From Adineta vaga (taxonomy: Eukaryota > Animalia > Rotifera), in NCBI GenBank assembly GCA_021613535.1, contig CP075496.1, positions 10,788,001 through 10,852,000 of the forward strand: a stretch of DNA of 64,000 bases, read 5' to 3'. The notes beneath the pieces are model-generated. The model searched no databases, was not told where the DNA came from, and saw nothing but the letters and a program-made list of their open reading frames with translations. A program made the position numbers and the translations under genes. Positions 57,429 to 64,000 of the stretch are shown here, piece by piece; position 1 is the first letter of the stretch, and every line of letters starts with the position of its first letter.

Positions 57429-59158
57429 CTAATAAATTTCTTGATTTTCCAACAACCATGGTGCAAGAATAATCCATAGAAAAAGAGACAAACAAAGTCA
57501 TGATGAAACAACTTTAATCCAATATGCTGGTAATGACATATGAAAGAACGCTGATGACTGTGATGGTTGATATGAATTGATTAATGTCATTATGCCTCAG
57601 AGTGATTCAAGTGCATAAATAATATGAAAGAATGAGTAACTATAATCAACTAAGAATGCATCATCATTATCATTATTTCTGTTATTATCGTTAATGTATG
57701 TGAAACAAAGATTCATTTCATTGATTATATTATTTATCTCTTACTATCTTTATTTTCTATTCATAGTGAAGTAGTATTATCAATCGTTAAAGGGTTCAAT
57801 AGATTCCGATGAAGAATGATCGTTATTAGACAATATGGCTGTTGCCATAGCATTATTGTTCTGTGATGATTGTATCTGTGATCAAACAAGTCTTTCGCTG
57901 AAGATTTGAAACTCTATTTTAATCATGAAAATCAAACGTACTCTTTGTTAATGAATTCTATTTATATAGAATATGTAGATTTCTCTTACCGATTAGACTA
58001 GCCCAATTTATGTCATCTTTTAGAATTGATTCTGGCTGAAACTGTCAGATGATTTTAATTTTATATTGAAAATTAATGAATTATATTATGGAGCTATATA
58101 ATAGAAATTCTTGCTCGTTAGAGATATTAAGAGACTTTTATACTGAGTACGTTGAATAAAATGTTATAAGTGTTGTATGAACGAATCCTGATGAACTAAA
58201 TATAATGAAATAATTATATTATAGTAAAAACAGACAGAGTGCATGGATATGAATACGAATTATAGATTTGAATTTCTGAAAGTATCGCAACAAAACTAAT
58301 AATAAGACCAAAGAGAATATTTACTGCAATCAAAATTTGATTTGACATACATTCTTTTCACTAGAAACAATCGTCATTCAGAGTAGTGCTGACGCAAAGA
58401 ATATTTTGCATGACGATAAATAATAAAGAGAGCGGTAGTAATGCCAATTGCTAACCCATAGAAAACTACAAAGTATGAAATTATTAATAAAGACCTATAA
58501 TTGATAGATATGTTTTCTCAGTAAAAAAGGTCATGATATACAAAAGTACATTATCTATAATTATCAAATGCTTTTTCTAACTATCGCTCAATGATTGTAT
58601 CAATGCAATCGATTAAAAATATCATTTGAAGAAGAATAAACAAAAACCCACCTGTCATACCAATATATAATACAACTAAATTTATTTAACTTTTTGCAAG
58701 TTAGAATTTCGTTTTATTTCGCTCAAATCTCGCTTAAATGTCACTATAGATCATAAGAAATTTGTGAGAATAAATACAACAACAACAGTTATTTCATAGA
58801 ACCAAAATTCATTTTGAAGAGCATTTCGACAATCCCCTTTTGTACGTACTCGATACAAAATCAATGCCATAAATATATAGAACAGTGTGACTGTAGATCC
58901 AATTGGATTATTAATTAAATTTAGCGATCGATTGAAATTATTTCTTTCATATAATTGTAGAATTTTCCTAAGAAGTTTTTCAAACATGTCCAGTCAAACA
59001 TAAGCACGCCACAACGATACCCAGAGTACGTAATAGAGCATAAACAACACTAGTTAATCGTGAATTTGTACAAATTGCTGTTGAGAAGAAACCTTTTCGA
59101 AAACAGATGCATAGTTGCTATGAATAGAAGCACCAAAACAACATGTTGCAATCTCCAT
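57429..59158 (-). pseudogene. SERINC: SERINC (serine incorporator) pseudogene
   Basis: Collinear SERINC motifs: MEIATCCFG, RLTSVVYALL..LGIVVACL, DCRNALQNEFWFY, YIGMTGGFLFILLQMIFLID, VDYSYSFFHIIYALESL*GIMTL and YWIKVVSS*LCLSLFLWIILAP. It carries several stops and frameshifts. Confidence 0.85.
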
Positions 59159-61786
59159 ATTCAAGAAAAATATTATATTCATCGGACAATCTAAGAGAAC
59201 AACAAGACTTATAAGACCATCTAAAACACTGATGACAATATTCGTTTTATGAGTGTATTATATGTTTTCATTCAACTGTGTCAATTTTAATTACAAAATA
59301 AATGAATAAAACATGTTCAATGAACTACTGTTGTATCATTTGTTTGGATAGAAAAATCATGACTGAATTGACGTCGACAAATATTTAAAATATTTTTTAA
59401 CTCATAACAAACGTCAAATTTTCAAATTTTCATTAAAGTATCAACGTCATCGATTAGAATAGATGGCTTCGCAAATGTTTTTTTCACCATGAAATGTAAC
59501 TATATGAATATTTATTGTATCTGACTAATAAAATGTAATATCAATATACTTCAAGCTTATTTTTTAGAAGCGGATACAGAAGATAATTAGCTATTGAGTT
59601 CGGACTATATACATACAGTAGTCCCTGATGAGATATAAAAAAAAGTCCAAAAAGGTAACTATTCATAGAGCTCCTATTCGCTAGTGAAATGTTTGTCTAT
59701 GGTAGGGAATATACCAAAGATCGAATGATTATAATTTGACTCGAACTTTTGCTCATAGAGATAGTTGAAAATATTTCGCGGATTATGAATGATTTTAGAA
59801 CTTTAATATTTCGAAAGAAAACTTCCTTTCGAGCTAAAGTTCTCAAAATACTTCACTCATCAATAAATATCAGGTTAAGTTACAATCCCTCGAGTTTTTG
59901 GTTCATTCTCTGCTGGAGTCAAACATTTCAGTAGCACGTCTATTATTCCGGACAAACAAACTATAAGTATTTATTTTTATAATTCTTTTTATATTTCATC
60001 AGGGTTCATCTTATACGTGTATACAACTTCCTAGAATATTTTTTCAGATGCATCGGCACTCTTATTAGAAGAGATTATTTTAGACGTGTAAGAAGGACTT
60101 TATATTTAAGATCAGAGATTTGTCTTCAGATGTTCAATTGTCGTTTCCATTTTTACATATATAATTTTTCTCTCGTCTGAAATTTTACATTCTAATCTAT
60201 ATAAATCCATTATACTTTTCTTTAATTATTTATTTCTGTTAACTAATCAGTGAAAAATTATTGGTAATTACTTATTTTTCTTTTTATTAGCAACTAAGAA
60301 AATAAATCTCTTCGAAGAAAGAATCTTTCATAATTTCATACCAATCATTAGTTACAACCTTACATAAAATAAGAAAAGGATTGACAGATTTGACTTCTCC
60401 CATATGATTTCTTTCCCGTCATTATTTCACAACAGCATGACAGGTTTATATTTGCTACAACTCATCAGGCTCTAATCATATATCAAATGTCAAACAGTTA
60501 TCAAATAACAATCGTTTCTCAATCTATCCTGTTTTTATCTATGCAATAAAATTCTCTTTTTTTTCTTCTTCTCAATATTGCAAAACAAATTATCAGACAT
60601 AAATAGACTCATTAACTTATAATTTAGGTTAAATAGGTCAAGAAGATATTTCAAATATTGCTGTAGAAAGCAAGACTAATTATTCATTGAGTTACTCTCT
60701 AGGCATTAGATGAAAGAAGAAAACATCAATAACATCTCTCAATTGAGGAACCAATCTACAAACATCATAAAATTTTCTTTGTATTTTTCTAGAAGAGCGC
60801 AAATGAAAGACTTTGATTTCTATTAGCATATTTCTATAAGATACGAGTTTAATACATTATGAGAGCGACGTTTCTTTTCAACATGCAAATGTTTTCCTCT
60901 CATTCTTTTACCTTTTTCCTTTCTAGAGAAATCTTTTTGATCATATAGTATCTCTTATAATGCTTTAGTTTCAATATAGCACTTATAAAGTAAATAGCAT
61001 TAGATAGGATTTAATCATACTAGAACCATTTTTTGCCGAGAAGTTCAGACATACTTTATTTAGTAATATTTTGTTTCTGCGCTCAGACATAAGCCGATAT
61101 ATTAGATCTCCAGAGTAGATTCTTTTTTCCTTTTTATTGAATTCGAATTCATTAGGAACAAAATACATTTGTTCAAAACATGATTGAAATTTCAAATGGT
61201 AGGATTTAAATATAATTGGCATATTCGTTTAGTTTGTTATGCGTCGAGTCTAGCAACGTACCTGATATATAATAAAAACAGGTGAGAAGAATGGAATTTG
61301 AGAACAAAAAAAAACATTATTAATGCCATCGCGTGACAAATCGGGGAGCGAAGTTTTCATGTTTTTTTTATCATCGTTTGACATGCTTTCTATCATTGCA
61401 ATGAATGACAAATAACATACTTCCTTCACATTTAACACTTGGTAAACTAACTAGTTCAATTAAAGAGAGATTGCATAGAAGAAATATGAAACGATGGTCT
61501 GAAGAGAGAGAGAGACAGAGAGAGAAAGCAAGCAACGAAAGAAGTCATTTTAAGGGAAAATAATGAGACGAGTAAGTGCAAAAGATTACATACATGTTTC
61601 TTTTATCGTTAAAAAATAGTTTCTCTTATCTTTCTATAAGCATTCAAGTAGGCAATAGGATGTTCAGAAGAAAAATTTTCTGTCATAAGTCAAGTGTTTA
61701 ATTATATGCGTGATCTCATTGTCTTCTTTTTTCTGTTTTTTTAGACGCATCACTTATTTTTGACATAATTCTGTCAACTTGTAAAA

Positions 61787-63491
61787 ATGAACACAACTGA
61801 AAACAACAGTTCTATATCATCCAATGGTTTCGATCAACAATTAAGATTCGTTGAACAAATCGTTCTAGCTAGTATTTTCGTCCTGGCAGTGATCGGTAAT
61901 ATATTGGTTTTAATTGTTATGTTAAGAACAAGAAATCGTCGGACAACACGCATGGCATTTTTTATACTTCATTTAACCATTGCTGATTTATTAGTAGCAT
62001 TTTTTAGTGTTTTATCCATGTTATTTTGGAAAACCATATCATCATATACTGATGGTGAAATAAGGTGTCGAATGGTTCCTTATCTTATGTTAACATCAAC
62101 CTATATTTCTGTTTATACGTAAGTTCAAAACTCTTCGAGTTCGAAAATATTTGAAATGAAAATACGAATATAATGATATTTTAGTCACTATATGAACAAA
62201 GATAAAAAAAAGCTTCCCAATTAGTTTTAATGTATGCTTGAAAACTATCAACCAAATTCGTTCAACTAGAAATAAAATAATTCATAATAGAACTTCTTTT
62301 GAGCTTCAGAAAATCCCGTATTACTTTAGTTTCACAATTTGTATTTCAATAGCTCGGCTTAAAAATTCAAGAGATTGAATCTTATCTTTTTGTTACGTTT
62401 AATTATTCATAAAAACTAAAATCCAATTACATTTTAGTCTTGTTGTCATGGCAATTGATCGTTATCAAGCTATTGTACATCCCTTATCAATCTATACTTG
62501 GACACAATTGGCAGGTCTATATCATATGATGATTGTTTGGTGCATAAGTCTTTTACTTGCATCACCACAATTATTTATTTTTCATATGGAATACAATTCA
62601 CAAGATGAAAGAAAAGTCTGTCGAGCAAAATTTTTAGAACCAGGAAATACATGGGAACTAATTTATATCGTATGGACTATTCTTGTTCAATTTGGTTTAC
62701 CTGTTTGTATTTTAATTTATTGTTATGGTTCAGTTCATGCTATTGTTAATCGAAGTTATTCAATGTATCGATTAACTGATAATTGTCGAACAATGAGTAT
62801 CACAAATTTACCAACATTAACAATACCAAAAAATCATAGTAATCTATCTTCATCAACATTGACAATCGATCGAAATACAAAAATAACACGAAAAAATCAT
62901 ATTCGTATTCAATATCCGTCCGTCGATTGTTCAAGTGTATCAAACAATGTTACATTTTATAATAAACCTCCGTCACTAATGTATCCTGTAGTCTTTCGTT
63001 TAAGACGTCCATCAACTGAAACACCAACACATCAAAGTTCAATGAGTTTAGATGGACAAAAACTGCAACAACGTTATGGCGCTAGTCATTTTCTATCGCG
63101 TGCACGTCTGAAAACAATTAAATTAACGTTTATTGTGGTTGTAGCCTATATACTTTGTTCTACACCATTCTATATTGGATTATTTATGAAGGTTTCTAAT
63201 CCAAAATTTCTCTCACAAAAAACCATGAATTGGTTAATGACTATTTTTACTCTTCTGTTCAATTTAAATAGTTGTTCAAATCCGATTATATGTTTAACAT
63301 TAAGTAGTGCTTTATTTCGGTAAGTTAATCGATAAAAGTTCTTCTCATTTAATTCAATGAATGATTTTAGACATAAACGTAATCATAAACAACCATTAGT
63401 GGTACCATCAAGAAAAAGTCATAGCAATCAAGAAAAACAAACTCATTATTCAAAAACAAAAATATTGAAAAAACGCTTCTTTTTATTTTAA
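61787..63491 (+). CDS. Vasopressin/oxytocin-type neuropeptide GPCR (class A), 3 coding exons
   Basis: RMAFFILHLTIADLLVAFFSVL, MAIDRYQAIVHPL, LASPQLFIF, SRARLKTIKLTFIVVVAYILCSTPFY and LNSCSNP are characteristic of the VP/OT-CCAP/NPS receptor clade. Confidence 0.85.
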
Positions 63492-64000
63492 ACTCTTCTC
63501 TGTGATATATTTTGTTCGTCTGTTTGTTTCTATTTATATTTTAAAAAAGAAAAACTTGTATATTTTCTCGAAAATGTTTTACTTATTTGTTAATGAGATC
63601 TGAAAATACTATTTTCCCTACCGAGTGGGTCATTATTTTTTTTTCAGGGTTAATTATGAAGCATCAGATGATCTTTAAGAACGTTTTCTGTATAAAATTG
63701 CTTTTAATAATAAACGTATAAATGTCGAAATTTGAGAAGTATGACGTAGATTATAAGGATTATGATTATGTCGAAACATTTTGAGATATATAATCAGATA
63801 ATTCATTTGACTTTTGAATGAGATTTTCCATTTCATAAAATGTACTAGCTACTTTTACATGAATGATTTTGTATCTATCTATGTCATTTATGCATGAATA
63901 ATGTGGAAAGTGAATATACTACAAATAGATGATGTTAAAGTTTATATTTGTACTGCGTTTAGTCTTCATTTTGAAAACTTTTATTTCGTGTCCTGCGTAG

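Noticed and set aside
57490-57600. TGA at Trp-like positions suggesting a TGA=Trp code or selenocysteine
   Set aside because: Neighbouring Trp codons are TGG, the locus also has frameshifts, and other genes here use TGA as a stop.
59300-61450. Short ORFs in the long intergenic region before the GPCR
   Set aside because: No transposase or RT motifs, terminal repeats or splice-consistent model seen.

Overview
AT-rich, gene-dense eukaryotic (metazoan) genomic DNA with mostly very short (~45-70 nt) spliceosomal introns. The style resembles a bdelloid rotifer (Adineta/Rotaria-like), but this taxonomy is inference only. I spliced gene models by hand because the ORF track only shows exon fragments. 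In order: a BH3-motif protein, a TPMT-like methyltransferase, a LEA-like modular protein, engrailed, a divergent Kv subunit, a small Shisa/WBP1-like membrane protein (absent from the ORF track), a FAM149-like gene, an EF-hand protein, an SLC10 transporter, a tandem two-domain Rab-like GTPase with an internal in-frame TAG, a divergent M13 peptidase, an intronless DUF2059-like gene (HGT candidate), a possible glutaminyl-cyclase relic, UAP1, ERK MAPK, a SAM methyltransferase, a K-Cl cotransporter, EFHC2, MNS1, a SERINC pseudogene and a vasopressin/oxytocin-type GPCR. The most notable items are the pseudo-GTPase + Rab32/38-like tandem gene whose intact second domain lies behind a stop codon, a candidate BH3-only apoptosis regulator, the all-phase-1 modular LEA-like gene and the bacterial-type DUF2059 gene. 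At least one 1-bp frameshift in a conserved gene (EFHC2) suggests assembly errors, so single-base anomalies need read-level checks. I found no rRNA, tRNA, CRISPR array or intact transposon.
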